Source: Chrysochromulina tobinii | Taxonomy: Eukaryota | Reading direction: 5' to 3' | DNA length: 35,740 bases | Assembly: GCA_001275005.1 (NCBI GenBank) | Contig: JWZX01002239.1 | Span: 1 to 35,740, forward strand | In this document: positions 20,201 to 30,406 of the stretch, piece by piece | Layout: every line of letters begins with the position of its first letter | How positions within the stretch are numbered: position 1 is the stretch's first letter | The notes under the pieces: generated by a model | Told to the model about the DNA's origin: nothing | Databases searched by the model: none | The model's input: only the letters and a program-made list of their open reading frames with translations | Translations under genes and position numbers: made by a program

Positions 20201-22747
20201 CACTCAAGGGTCGCCGCAAGCAAGCGCGCGACCTCGCGGCGGCAGCGCAGAAGGCGGCACAGGACGTGGCGGCGCTGCGGGCTGAGAATGCGACGCTGCG
20301 GGCGGCACTGAGCCGCGCCGATGATGCGGCGGCCAGAGCGACGATCGCGGCAGCTGCGGCTGCGACGGCTGAGCCGGAGGAGAAGGAGAAGGTGAAGGTG
20401 GAGGCACTGGCCAAGGCGGAAGCAAAGGCGGTCACGGACTCATCTGAGCTCTGCCAGCTTCGCTCGGCTCTGCAGGAGCAGCAGGCAGCAGCAGAGTTGT
20501 TCACATTAACTCTGCAGGAGCAGCAGGTCGAGTTGGCCAAGCTACGGGCCAAGCTAAGCGAGCAGGAAGCATCGAGCTCTCGGCCGCCCCTGATGCCGCC
20601 CGCGTCGCCCAAAGCGACGGTCCCAAGCGCTCCGACGCAAGACAAGGAGAATTCGTCAAGCGCTCCGACGCAAGACAAGGAGAATTCGTCAAGCGCTCCG
20701 ACGCAAGACAAGGAGAATTCGTCAATTAATTCGTCGCCCAGCGCGCGCTCGCTCGGGCTCGTGCTCTCACCAGCTCTCGCAACGGCGTCGGCGTCAGCCG
20801 CTCCGCCCCCGCAAGGCACACGAACCGTCGAGGGCAGCTTAGCGCGCGCGCTGGCGGCTGAGGCCGAAGTGAGCCGGCTCAAAGCTCAACTTCGGATGCT
20901 GCAACGGGAGGTCGACGGTCGCGGCTCTGACAAGGTGGTGGCGCTCAAGACGGCGCTCAACGGCCAGGTCCGCCAGCTCGAGGCGGACGTGGCCTCCGAG
21001 CGGCGGCACGCGGAGCTTGCGGCGGCCAAGGTCGCCGCCGAGGCAAGGGCAGAGCAAGCCGAGGAGTGTGTGCGTCGTCAGGAGCGGATCACGGCCAAGC
21101 TGCTCAAGGAGCTACGCGAGACCAAGACGGCGCTCGGTGCGCAGCAGTGTACTGCCTCCATGCTGCTGCGTCTGCGTGGCGATCTGCTTGCGGCCATCGA
21201 GGGCGCCGTCACGCGCCTGGGCACGGTGAAGGCAAGCCTGGACAGTGCCCTTGCGCCTGCGGCGGACCGTTTCGCGTCGGCGGTACTTACGGACGCACAC
21301 CAAGCGGAAGAGCACGTGGCGGCTGTCGAAGAGGCTGCCGCCGCCGCGTGGGCCAACGCTGAGGCGGCTGAGGAACGCACGCAGCGCGCCGAGAGGCTTC
21401 TGGAGACGCTTGAGCAGCGCGTTGTAGCACAGGCGGGCCTGGTGGCCGCGCTGCTGCGCCGCGCGTCGGACCGCTCGGACCGCTCGCCCGATGCACTGTC
21501 GACCCGACGCATGGGGAAGAGAGCAGGGGATGCGGATGCGAAGGTGGACGGCGCAGAGGTGGAGGACGCAGAGGAGAAGGCCCTCGAGCCGATGTCGCCT
21601 TCGCCAGTGGGGGTGCTTGACCATACCCTTATTACTTCGCCCTTTGCAGCTGCGGCTCGCCGGTTGAGTGCCGCGTTCACTCCAGCGGCCATCAGCATGG
21701 TGCGCGTCAGCTCGGTCACCAGATCGCTCAAGGGAGTGATCGGGGTTAGCTTCGGCGCCTGCGATGACGACGACGGCCGCACTGGCCGTGCAGGCGGCGG
21801 TGAGTGCGGTGGCAGCGGCGGCCGCTACGTGGCAATGCTCGAGGACGAGCTACGATGCACCCTGGATCACCTCGAGGCACAGCGAGAGGTGAGCCCTGGG
21901 CCAGTTGCATGCTGATTGCGCTCTGATTCCGCCTGATTGCATCTGATTGCGCCTGATTGCGCTCTGATTGCGCCTCTGGAGCTCGCAGGTGAGCCGTGAG
22001 CTCAGCCACGAGCTTGCGCGTCTCGCCATGCCCGGCGCCCTTCCATTCCCACCGCCGCCGACAGCCCACGACACGGACGTGCCGGCGACGGACGTGGACG
22101 TGCCCGATGATGTAGCCTCGCCCCTCGCATCGCCGATAGAGGGCACCCCCATCGCTCGCAAGCTACATGCTGCTCTGATGGAAGATTGGCGTGACGGCGA
22201 GGGGCAAGGCGCCTCGTCCGCTGACAAGGCGGCGGCTCTGGCGGCAGCGGAGGCGGCGGCAGACGCTCTGATCTTTGGGGACCGGGGGCTGCCAACCAAG
22301 CTCCCAGCCGAAATGCAAGATGCAGAAGCCGCCGCAGATGCGCTCCTCAAGGCCGATCTCGCGTTTGATCTCGCGCGCCAAAGCCAAGGCGGCGGCGGGA
22401 GCCATTCGAGAGCCTTTGCAGCGCAGCCTCCCAGCCCCGTGCGCAAGCCCGAGACAGTGCTTGACAGCATCAAGCACCAGGCGGCGGCCGCGGCTCTGCT
22501 CGACGATCTTCGGAACGAGACGCTCAAGAGCACGCGCCTTGAGAAGATCATCTCGAGGCTCGTGGGCGAGCTGCGGGCAGCCAAGGTGCATGCGGCATCG
22601 GCCAGCCTCGGAGGAGCCGAGAGCGCTCTGGCCACCTTCAAGCAGCTCCACTCACGGCTCGAGCAGCAGCTCCTGGACAATAGCGCAGCGGTTTGCATGC
22701 TGCAGGGCGAAGTGCGCCGCGGGCTTGAGGCAGTCACGACCGCATAG
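17254..22747 (+). CDS. Myosin heavy chain (motor, IQ-like repeats, coiled-coil tail); exons 17254-18883, 18980-21888, 21989-22747, ~1765 aa
   Basis: P-loop SGESGAGKTE, LEAFGNAKT, switch I NSSRFG, YLLEKSR, switch II LDIFGFE, EQLCINYANEKLQ, HYAG, HYVRC, GRTKVFL; IQ-like LQRMCRG and IQRTGRG. Both introns restore the frame. Confidence 0.95.
18884..18979 (+). other. GC-AG intron (96 nt) with (CTGATGACCA)x7, flanked by a 17-nt direct repeat
   Basis: GTGGACTGCAG|GCGAGC at 18873-18889 and GTGGACTTCAG|GCGAGC at 18969-18985. Splicing gives WTAGEHTSN, matching the myosin WxxIxFxDN spacing. Confidence 0.88.
20624..20722 (+). repeat. Perfect 33-nt tandem repeat x3 encoding SAPTQDKENSS
   Basis: caagcgctccgacgcaagacaaggagaattcgt at 20624, 20657 and 20690. 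Confidence 0.95.
21889..21988 (+). other. GT-AG intron (100 nt) with six CTGATT-containing decamers, flanked by direct repeat AGGTGAGCC
   Basis: AG|GTGAGCC at 21887-21895 and 21987-21995. The phase-0 join links ORF 18967-21915 to ORF 21968-22747. Confidence 0.88.
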
Positions 22748-23294
22748 AGGGCGAGGGCGGCGCGGTGGTCTTCGGTGCGCCACACTTTTGGACCAGCTTG
22801 CTGGGCACGGTCGAGATTGAGATTGGGAGCAGAGCCGCCGTTGTTACTTGTTTCGGCAGGAAACCAGGAATGCGTCACAGAACACGCCTTGCAGACGCCT
22901 TGCTACCGGTGTACAGAGATGAATTGTGCCGCGCGTCACAAATTCGAAAATAATACACGTTGCCCATCAAAATACAAAGTTTTCGATTGCACAGCGTAAA
23001 CCGTATCCAACATGTGTATGCTGAGAGGCGTAACTACGGGGTAACTATGAGGTGGATACTGCTTACTGGATTATCGCGGCGTGGAATTAATGCTGTGCGG
23101 CGGACCACAGGGTAGAAATCCCACAGACACACTTTCACGTTCACACATGCCGATCTGCCTGGTGCGAAGCCAAAACTAGCTCTCCAGTGGTGGCGAGACG
23201 CGAGGCGCGCATACCCAAGGTTTTCCCCACAGCCCTTTTTCACGCTGGACGAAGCTCGAAGGTCGACTCCCTCCGACTCCCCTGCAGCGGCCCG

Positions 23295-24821
23295 ATGCCG
23301 ATCGGGTCGTACATAGGCCGTTCGTGTCCCATCGTGCCACCACTGCAAGAAGTGGTGTTCCCAAGACCGAGTATATCGGCACTGGAGAGTGCCGTACCAC
23401 TTGTGGATGATCGCCCGCTTGCTTGCTTGGCCGACAAGCTCCTGCGATCGGAGCCTGTACGCATCGTCTTCTATGGAAGCTCAGTCACGGCAGGGATTCG
23501 ATGCAACCACAAGCGCCAGCGGAGCGTCAACTTTCCACAGCAAACGGTGCAACTTCTCGAGCAAATCTTTCCGCGGTCAAACGTGACTATCGATGTCTAC
23601 GGATACCCTGGCGCGTCGCCGAGCTTTCTAAGGGCTTGCCACAGCACGCTGATGCGCACCGATGCCGCCGACCTGTACGTCATCGAGATGACCGACAATC
23701 TCGCGGACGGGTATTCCGGTGTTGGCCAATCGGTTGAGGCGCTCATGAGCTCGGTGCAGCAACGCGCTCCGAATGCAGCACTCGCGCTGCTGGCGCCCAT
23801 TCCGCAGCGATGCGTGCGCGCGCTGAAGCGCATGAAGCCCTTTCAGCACGTACCGAAGGACGACGCCTCGACGCTGCGAATCTTGCGCGAAGACTGCTTC
23901 AGCAATAACACCGTTGCCGCGAGTTTTGAGGACGTAGGCGCTGCTCACAGTGTGACGACCATCTCAGCGCGTCACCTCATCCGTGAGGAGCTCTTTGACA
24001 AGCCAGCAGCAGCCACCGCTACCATTGGCCGACTGCACTACGATGCGGTTCACCCAAATGGCGCAGGAAACTGGGAACTCGCCGTCGCGCTCGAGCATGC
24101 GATTACGCGCTACGCTCGGGCCGGTTCATCCTCGCAGCGTCGTTCCGCGTGCAGCGTGCGACCGGCAGGAGCGCTTGAGATTGCAAACATCTTCGCACCT
24201 CGCAAGCGCACCACGGACGCGATGGTCTGCGCCGTGGGTGAGGAACTGCGACAGTACGTGCTGCGCGCCTCGGGCTGGACGTACATTGTCGAGCGAAACG
24301 CTCAAGGCTTACCTAAACCGGGGTACATCGCCGTCGAACCCGGGTCCATCATGGACCTTTGCTATCGGCCCGAGCTCAAGAAGGAGAGCATGGCTACCGC
24401 TGGGCTCCATTACCAGGTAACTGTTGCATGGAGTCTCGGCTACCTGATGAGCTACGAGCACATGGGCCAGATGCGGGGCGAATGCCTCAGTCAAGTGCAA
24501 GGAAGTAGCTGCACATGCGGCTCGCGTGTGTTCAACGCACACTGGCGGTTGCCCGTGTCGCAGCCGCACGTCTCGCGGCTCAAGCTGCAGATCCATTACG
24601 GTCGCAAAGATGCGACGGGCCTGCTCGTTCCCAGAGCCGCAATAGGAGCAGATGCTGCTGCGGCGGCTTCTATGTGTCCATGCATCATTCGCCTCACATT
24701 GCTCAACGAGACCAGTAGCAATGGCAAGAAGTTCAAGCTCGTGTCATTGATGAGTGGCTTCTACACGGGCACGATCGTATCCGACGCCGTGGGATGGGCG
24801 GCGCGTTATGATCTCATGTAG
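23295..24821 (+). CDS. SGNH/GDSL hydrolase-fold protein (5' end uncertain)
   Basis: Block I IVFYGSSVTAG, block II GYPGAS, block III-like IEMTDN and block V DAVHPN. Confidence 0.75.
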   Translation: MPIGSYIGRSCPIVPPLQEVVFPRPSISALESAVPLVDDRPLACLADKLLRSEPVRIVFYGSSVTAGIRCNHKRQRSVNFPQQTVQLLEQIFPRSNVTIDVYGYPGASPSFLRACHSTLMRTDAADLYVIEMTDNLADGYSGVGQSVEALMSSVQQRAPNAALALLAPIPQRCVRALKRMKPFQHVPKDDASTLRILREDCFSNNTVAASFEDVGAAHSVTTISARHLIREELFDKPAAATATIGRLHYDAVHPNGAGNWELAVALEHAITRYARAGSSSQRRSACSVRPAGALEIANIFAPRKRTTDAMVCAVGEELRQYVLRASGWTYIVERNAQGLPKPGYIAVEPGSIMDLCYRPELKKESMATAGLHYQVTVAWSLGYLMSYEHMGQMRGECLSQVQGSSCTCGSRVFNAHWRLPVSQPHVSRLKLQIHYGRKDATGLLVPRAAIGADAAAAASMCPCIIRLTLLNETSSNGKKFKLVSLMSGFYTGTIVSDAVGWAARYDLM

Positions 24822-25252
24822 ATCGTTGGAAAATGACAAAACATTAATCTCGACACAGGGCGCGCTGCGGTTCGAAAAAAGTTAAAGGACGTCTAGCGCT
24901 CTCCGCCGCTCTAGGGATCCTCCATCCACGGACCCCTCAAACGCCGGCGTCACGCTCTCGCACACGCTCAGGTCGTGCGGTGCCCAGTGCCGCTATATCA
25001 TTCACTTCCTTGTCTTTTCCATGCGCTGCGCTCTTCCCTCAGCGGCCATCACGACCGCATGCGCAACCGATCTTCAACCATAATGCGATGAACATGTCCT
25101 GCAATCATCCACATTGCCCGACACGTCAGTCGGGCACTCACTTCTTTCACAACCCTTCGTCATCATACCTCGCCAGCACTTTGCAGACGCAGCCTTGCAA
25201 TCTGGGCGCAAGGTTTCCGCAATCGCACGCCCACCGAAGCCAAGCAACGAGC

Positions 25253-28162
25253 TTAGTCCTTCTTGACAATCGGCTCGATGCGGAATTCGTAGCCGGTGGC
25301 AAGCTGGAAGGAGGTGGCCGTGCGCACAACATTGGTCTTGTTCGATTGCGCTGCCGGGTCCGAGCGCGTGCGCGAGCCGTCATCCGTGGACTTGCGCTGG
25401 TCCATGACCGCCTGCTTGGCGGATTTCGTTGCGTACGGGTTGTTCGACAAGTCGATGATGTTCATGTTGATGGTGGAGCGGTAGGCCTTGGTTCCTGGCT
25501 TGAGGGCAAGTTCGAGCGCGCGCATGCCGTTGTTGTCGATCTTATTGTCCGAGACATCGAGAGAGTCGACCATGCCGCACGAGCCCGAGGCCATCGAGGC
25601 GCAGAGCAGGATGAGGTCTGCCGAGGTCAGCCCGAGCTTGGGCAGCGAGATGTTGCTCAGCAGCGGGATGCGCTCACCTACCAATGATATCTTCGGAAAT
25701 TGTTGGCTGTACGCGACGATCGCGATCGTCGTGGCCGCTTCATGCCCAAACGGGCAAGGCATCCCGAAGCTGACCGACTGGAGCTCGCGCAGATTTGTTG
25801 GCGCGGTCGCGAGCGCCTGCGCGAGCAGCCGTGCACCGTCGGCCTCGATCGTATTAGACTCGAGCGTGAGGTGGCGCAGCTTCCTTTGGTAACCCTCCCC
25901 CAGCCGGGCTGCGAACTCGCTCACGAAGGCGCGGCCGCTCTCAGTCGCGACGTCCCTGAAGATGAAGGTGAACTTCTTGAGAGAGGTCGGTAGGGAGCGG
26001 GCGAGCGCCTTGGCCATCGACTCGTCGAATGGGGAGCAGCCGGATAATAAGACAAAGGCGTGCGGAGTGCCCGACTGCCCGATGGCGCGGATGCAACTTT
26101 GGTACGCCGGCCCAGGGCCGAGGTTGGCAGAGTTACGCAGGGTTGCGAGTGCCACACGCCCAGCAATAGCCCGGTCGACCTGCAGGTAGGCCTCTTCCTC
26201 AGCGGACTGCGTCACGCCCAGCGGCCCATTCTCCCGATAGATTTTGAGCCACCCGGCGTTCCATTCATCCAAGTCAATCTCGCCATCCTTGTTGGTGTTG
26301 ACTTCGGCGACGATCATATCAATCTTCGCCTCCTCTACCACGCTCGTCTCGCGTAGGTAAGCCTTCATCGTGGCGATCGGGATGCGTGCCTCCTTCTTGG
26401 CCACATCGATCTGGTTCACCTTGGCCACGGCCTTGAAGATGTTCTCACCAGCGACGGCCGTGAGGATGGCCTTCCGATCGGCTTCGACCGAGGTATGAGC
26501 TTCGAGGAGGCGAGACTCTAACCCCCTCAGAGCGAGGCGCAGCGGGAAGAAGTTTTCGCGCGTCGGCTTGTTCACTTGGCATGCGTGGAAGTCGGCCGCC
26601 GCGTAGTCCCCCTCAAGAAGACCGACCGCCGTGCAATGTCGGTGCTTGGTCCCATCGATGCGACCCGCGGTGACACGCATCGTGGTGACGCACACGTGCG
26701 TTCGCGCGGTGTACAGATCCCATTTATGGTCTGCCTTGACCAATGAGAGATAGGTCTCGTACAGGCACCACGAGCGGCGCAGGCACACCCCAGCCGCATC
26801 AAGCACCGTCACAGTCCCGATGCAGTTGCGCAGCGCCTTTTGGAACGTGGACCAATAAAAGGCCGGGTCGGGCCGCCACTGGTTGTTGGCGAAGGCAGAG
26901 ATGAAATATGCGCAGTGGTCGGGCACGCCGCGGTCGCGCGCGTGCTGCTCGAGGCAGTCGAGCAGGTTGCGGAAGCTCTCACCCCACCAGCTGCACACAA
27001 ACCAGACGGGCGGCTGCACGTCCTGCGCGATTCGCTCGATGTAGCTCGAGCGCTGCTCCTGCGTGCTCGGCTTGATGATGTAGCGCGTCACGTCGTACAT
27101 GGTCACGTCCGCCACTCTCAGCCGGCGCCCATGCACACCCATCCACCCCTCGTGGTCGCACCGAGCCTCTATGTGCCTCATAATGTCGCGCAGCTGCGAG
27201 AGCGTGATGCCGCGCTCCTCGCCCCTCGGGATGCGACGCGGCGCTCGATGCTTGTGCAGGTCGGCAAAGTCCACCGTGTAGTGGTGTGAGACGAGGTCGA
27301 GGAGCAAGTTGAGGCCTCGCTGGTCTTGCCCGAGGATCGCGCCCTGTCCAAAGCCCGCCTCATGGTACCCCTTGATCCACTCCTCGCGGCTCACCGAGCC
27401 CGAACCATCCTTGTCAAGGGTGGCGAAGAGCGAGGCGACCTTATCCGGATCGAGGCGGCCGCGGAAGAAGCGGTAGAGCTCGTCGCGCGATACGTGGCCG
27501 CTCTTGTCCTTGTCGATGATGTCGAAGACCACGTCCGGCCCCGTCCACGACTTGAACGGCGGACGGCCCACCTCGAGCTCCTTGAGGTAGGAGCCTTGAG
27601 GAGCCGGGGCCGTGTTTGGGCGCCGATTGGACTGGCTCATGTCAAACTTGACCTGCGCGCTGATCACGTCGGACTCGGAGGCCATATAAGCCAAGTATTT
27701 GGACGTCGTCTGCCGCGGTAAGCCCATCAGATGAGCCGCACTTGCAGCATGAGACGCAGAGGCGCTCTTGATGGAGCTTGCAGATGCAGCTTGCAGATGA
27801 GTCGAACTCTTTGCAGCATGCAGATGAGTCACGCTCGCTGCGTGCAGGTCGGGCTCCCTTCTCAGCAGCTGCGGCCGATGCGACAGCTCGTGCATGGATG
27901 AGACACGGCGCAAACTCGGATTGTGGAGCTCGACAATTGAACTTGACGAACGCAGCGCTGTCGTGCGAGAGGCTGGCCGCCATCGGTCGAGGAAAGGTTG
28001 GATCGACTGAGAGTCCATCTGACTTGGCCAAGCTCCATTTCGCCTCGCCAGTTCCGGTGAGAGCACGGGCTCACCGACAAAGTGCTGTTGTGTGAGCGCC
28101 GACCCAGATGGGTCGAAGAGTGTAGCCTTGCTCGGCGACGAGATGCGTAACCCTACTCGCAT
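25253..28162 (-). CDS. Multidomain protein: EF-hands + HET/TIR-like domain + EF-hand + RI-like LRRs
   Basis: EF loops DKDKSGHVSRDE, DKDGSGSVSREE and NTNKDGEIDLDE; central WFVCSWWGESF, YFISAFANNQW and RRSWCLYE; LRRs LRHLTLESNTI, VDSLDVSDNKIDNNG and IIDLSNN. Confidence 0.8.
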   Translation of the reverse strand: MRVGLRISSPSKATLFDPSGSALTQQHFVGEPVLSPELARRNGAWPSQMDSQSIQPFLDRWRPASRTTALRSSSSIVELHNPSLRRVSSMHELSHRPQLLRREPDLHAASVTHLHAAKSSTHLQAASASSIKSASASHAASAAHLMGLPRQTTSKYLAYMASESDVISAQVKFDMSQSNRRPNTAPAPQGSYLKELEVGRPPFKSWTGPDVVFDIIDKDKSGHVSRDELYRFFRGRLDPDKVASLFATLDKDGSGSVSREEWIKGYHEAGFGQGAILGQDQRGLNLLLDLVSHHYTVDFADLHKHRAPRRIPRGEERGITLSQLRDIMRHIEARCDHEGWMGVHGRRLRVADVTMYDVTRYIIKPSTQEQRSSYIERIAQDVQPPVWFVCSWWGESFRNLLDCLEQHARDRGVPDHCAYFISAFANNQWRPDPAFYWSTFQKALRNCIGTVTVLDAAGVCLRRSWCLYETYLSLVKADHKWDLYTARTHVCVTTMRVTAGRIDGTKHRHCTAVGLLEGDYAAADFHACQVNKPTRENFFPLRLALRGLESRLLEAHTSVEADRKAILTAVAGENIFKAVAKVNQIDVAKKEARIPIATMKAYLRETSVVEEAKIDMIVAEVNTNKDGEIDLDEWNAGWLKIYRENGPLGVTQSAEEEAYLQVDRAIAGRVALATLRNSANLGPGPAYQSCIRAIGQSGTPHAFVLLSGCSPFDESMAKALARSLPTSLKKFTFIFRDVATESGRAFVSEFAARLGEGYQRKLRHLTLESNTIEADGARLLAQALATAPTNLRELQSVSFGMPCPFGHEAATTIAIVAYSQQFPKISLVGERIPLLSNISLPKLGLTSADLILLCASMASGSCGMVDSLDVSDNKIDNNGMRALELALKPGTKAYRSTINMNIIDLSNNPYATKSAKQAVMDQRKSTDDGSRTRSDPAAQSNKTNVVRTATSFQLATGYEFRIEPIVKKD

Positions 28163-28311
28163 GGCTTCGTCCGTCGACAAAGAGGAAAGGGTTGTAAAGC
28201 GCCTCGCCTTTTCCTCTTCGGTGAAACGTGCGCCGCCGGTGCGGGGTCGCGTTGTTTAGGTTTATGTTTCAAACAAGTTTGAGAGCAAATGAGCTCAAAA
28301 CGACGCCTTGC

Positions 28312-29937
28312 TCACTTGAGCCGCCACGCGGCGACCATCATGTCTTCGAAGTACTCGTCTGTCTCGAAGAGCGGGGAGATCCACTCGTACCTGTCGGCGA
28401 ACTCTCGAAGGGTCACCTCGTCGTCGAGGTGGGCGGGATCGTCGCGCCACGGCGCGAGGAAGGCCAGCGCCACGTCTTCCTCCGTGAGCACCCCTTCGTG
28501 CACGCCAATGTGCCGTGAAGCGTCGTATCGGGCGGCCAGGTGCTCGGGTTTGACCTGCTTCTTGTTCGCGTCCTCCTTGAGCGCCGCGTAGGCGGAGCGC
28601 ACGAGGCGCACGCGCTCGGGTCCCATGGGCGGCCCGCGCACCGCGAGTGTGAACTCGTCGAACGAGAAGAGAGGCCCTTGCTCGGTGCCACGCCCAGGGC
28701 CACGTGGTGTCGTCGCTGGGGGCTCGAACGCGTCGACGAGCGCGTTGAGATCGGCGTCGCTCAGGGTGACGCGACACAGAGTGGCAAGCGACAGGAGACC
28801 ATTGATGAAGAGCTTGGCGGGCAGCGTGCCCGTAGGATAGCCTCCCTCCTTGTGCGCCGCGTACCAGCGCGCATCTGCAGCGCGCAGAGCGTCATACCCG
28901 CCAGCTTCCCGTTCCAGACCCTCCCGGAGCCGTCCAATGGTATTTGTCACTCGACCACTCGCGCGCCCGTCGGAGCGCGGCGCGCCCACGAGCGCGCGGT
29001 GGAAGTCTTCGGCCGGCACCGAACCCGAACGCGCAAGGTCGCACCGTGCAAAGAGCGCGGCGAGCACCTGATGCGAGCGTGGGACGACTGATGAGGAAGG
29101 CAATCAGAAGGCGATGAGAAGCAATGAGATGGCAAGCCGATGGCAAGTAGATGGCAAGCAGATTGGAAGCAGATGAGCGCGCACCTGATGCGAGCTCGGT
29201 ACGGCGCCCCTGCCAGGGAAATCGTAATTGAGCTTGCGCCCGATGGTGTCGACAAAGGGGCCCAAGAGGACGCGGCCCGAGCGGTGCGGGTCGCACTCGG
29301 CGAAGTAGGCGCGCGCTGCTAGCCCCGCTCCGAGGTGGCGCGTGCCGGTGGCCTCCACCTCCCCCAGCCGGCGGCGAAGCGTCTCCTCGAGACGTTCGAT
29401 GTAATGGACCTCGACGGGGACGGCGAGGGTCCACGCCTGCCCGATGACGCGCTTAGCGCGCAACTCAGCCTCCTCCGCCTCGAGCTCCTGCGCCGAGGGC
29501 GGCTTATCCCCGTACAGACGCTCCGCCATCCAGACCGCCTGCGCCGGCCCTTCGTAGGATCCGAGCTTGTCGTCGTCCTTCTTGGGTGCCGTCGCGGCGC
29601 CGCTGAGCTTCGAGCGCCAGCGCTCGGCCTCAACGACGGCACCGAACGTGTACTCTTTGTCTTTGTTCTTGGGGACTGGCTTCGGCCCATCCGAAAGCTT
29701 GAACGCGTCGCGCCAACCTGAACCGGAGCCCGTGAGGGATGAGGAGGCGGGGGCGGGAGCGGACGCCGCGGGCGCTGGAGCGGACTCCCTGTAGCGGTTA
29801 AGAGACATGGATGCCACCTTGCTGCTGGCGTCGGAGACGATAACGTTGCGCACCGGCGTCGCAGGACCGATTGATCGCCCACCGCCAGCCGAGCTGCCAA
29901 AACCAATCACTCCACGACCAGGCGCCAGCGAGGGCAT
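28312..29937 (-). CDS. Calcyphosin-like EF-hand protein; exons 29937-29185 and 29067-28312, ~502 aa
   Basis: FDEFTLAVRGPPM..ERVRLVRSAY, YDASRH..V.EG..TEEDV..FL and VTLREFADRY..IS..ETDEYFEDMMVAAWRL follow the calcyphosin C-terminal signature. EF-like loops DPHRSG and DLARSG. Confidence 0.82.
29068..29184 (-). other. GT-AG intron (117 nt) with ~11-nt repeats, flanked by a perfect 15-nt direct repeat
   Basis: GCACCTGATGCGAGC at 29064-29078 and 29181-29195 (sense GCTCGCATCAG|GTGC), with internal CATCTGCTTGC-like units. It removes the in-frame TGA at 29104-29106. Confidence 0.88.
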
Positions 29938-30406
29938 TCTTTAAGTGGAGCTACGATGGCAGCTACGAGCGAGGCCGTGCGCAGCCATGGTACCGCATTG
30001 GACGAATTTCGCGTCTGGACGAGTTTCTGGACGTTTCTTGGTATTGGCCTTCACTTGAAGGGACTTCTCTCTTCAAAATCCGTTTCGTCTCGGCAGTCGG
30101 AGCGCAAAAAACTCCGTGACTCTAAGCTACATGTAGCAAGCAAGCAAGACTTGACTCTAAGGACGGCTCCGCACCCCTCGGTCAACTCAAGGCCCGGAGG
30201 CGCATGCCGAGGCGGCACCCGACCAAATAACTCCGTCTCAATGGACAATGCAAACAGGGCGCAGCTTCACGTCTATCATGTGAACACACTGTCTTGGCAA
30301 AGTCAGCCTGGTAGGAATTCAAGCCTAGTTGGAAGTCTGCACTTTTCGATGATTTGGACTTGGTCTCAGTGTAGTTTGAGCTGAGCTACTGAAGTACTGT
30401 AGGCTC

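Noticed and set aside
21968..22747. Separate gene downstream of myosin
   Set aside because: It joins in frame through intron 21889-21988, and the ORF begins at a TTG inside the intron repeat.
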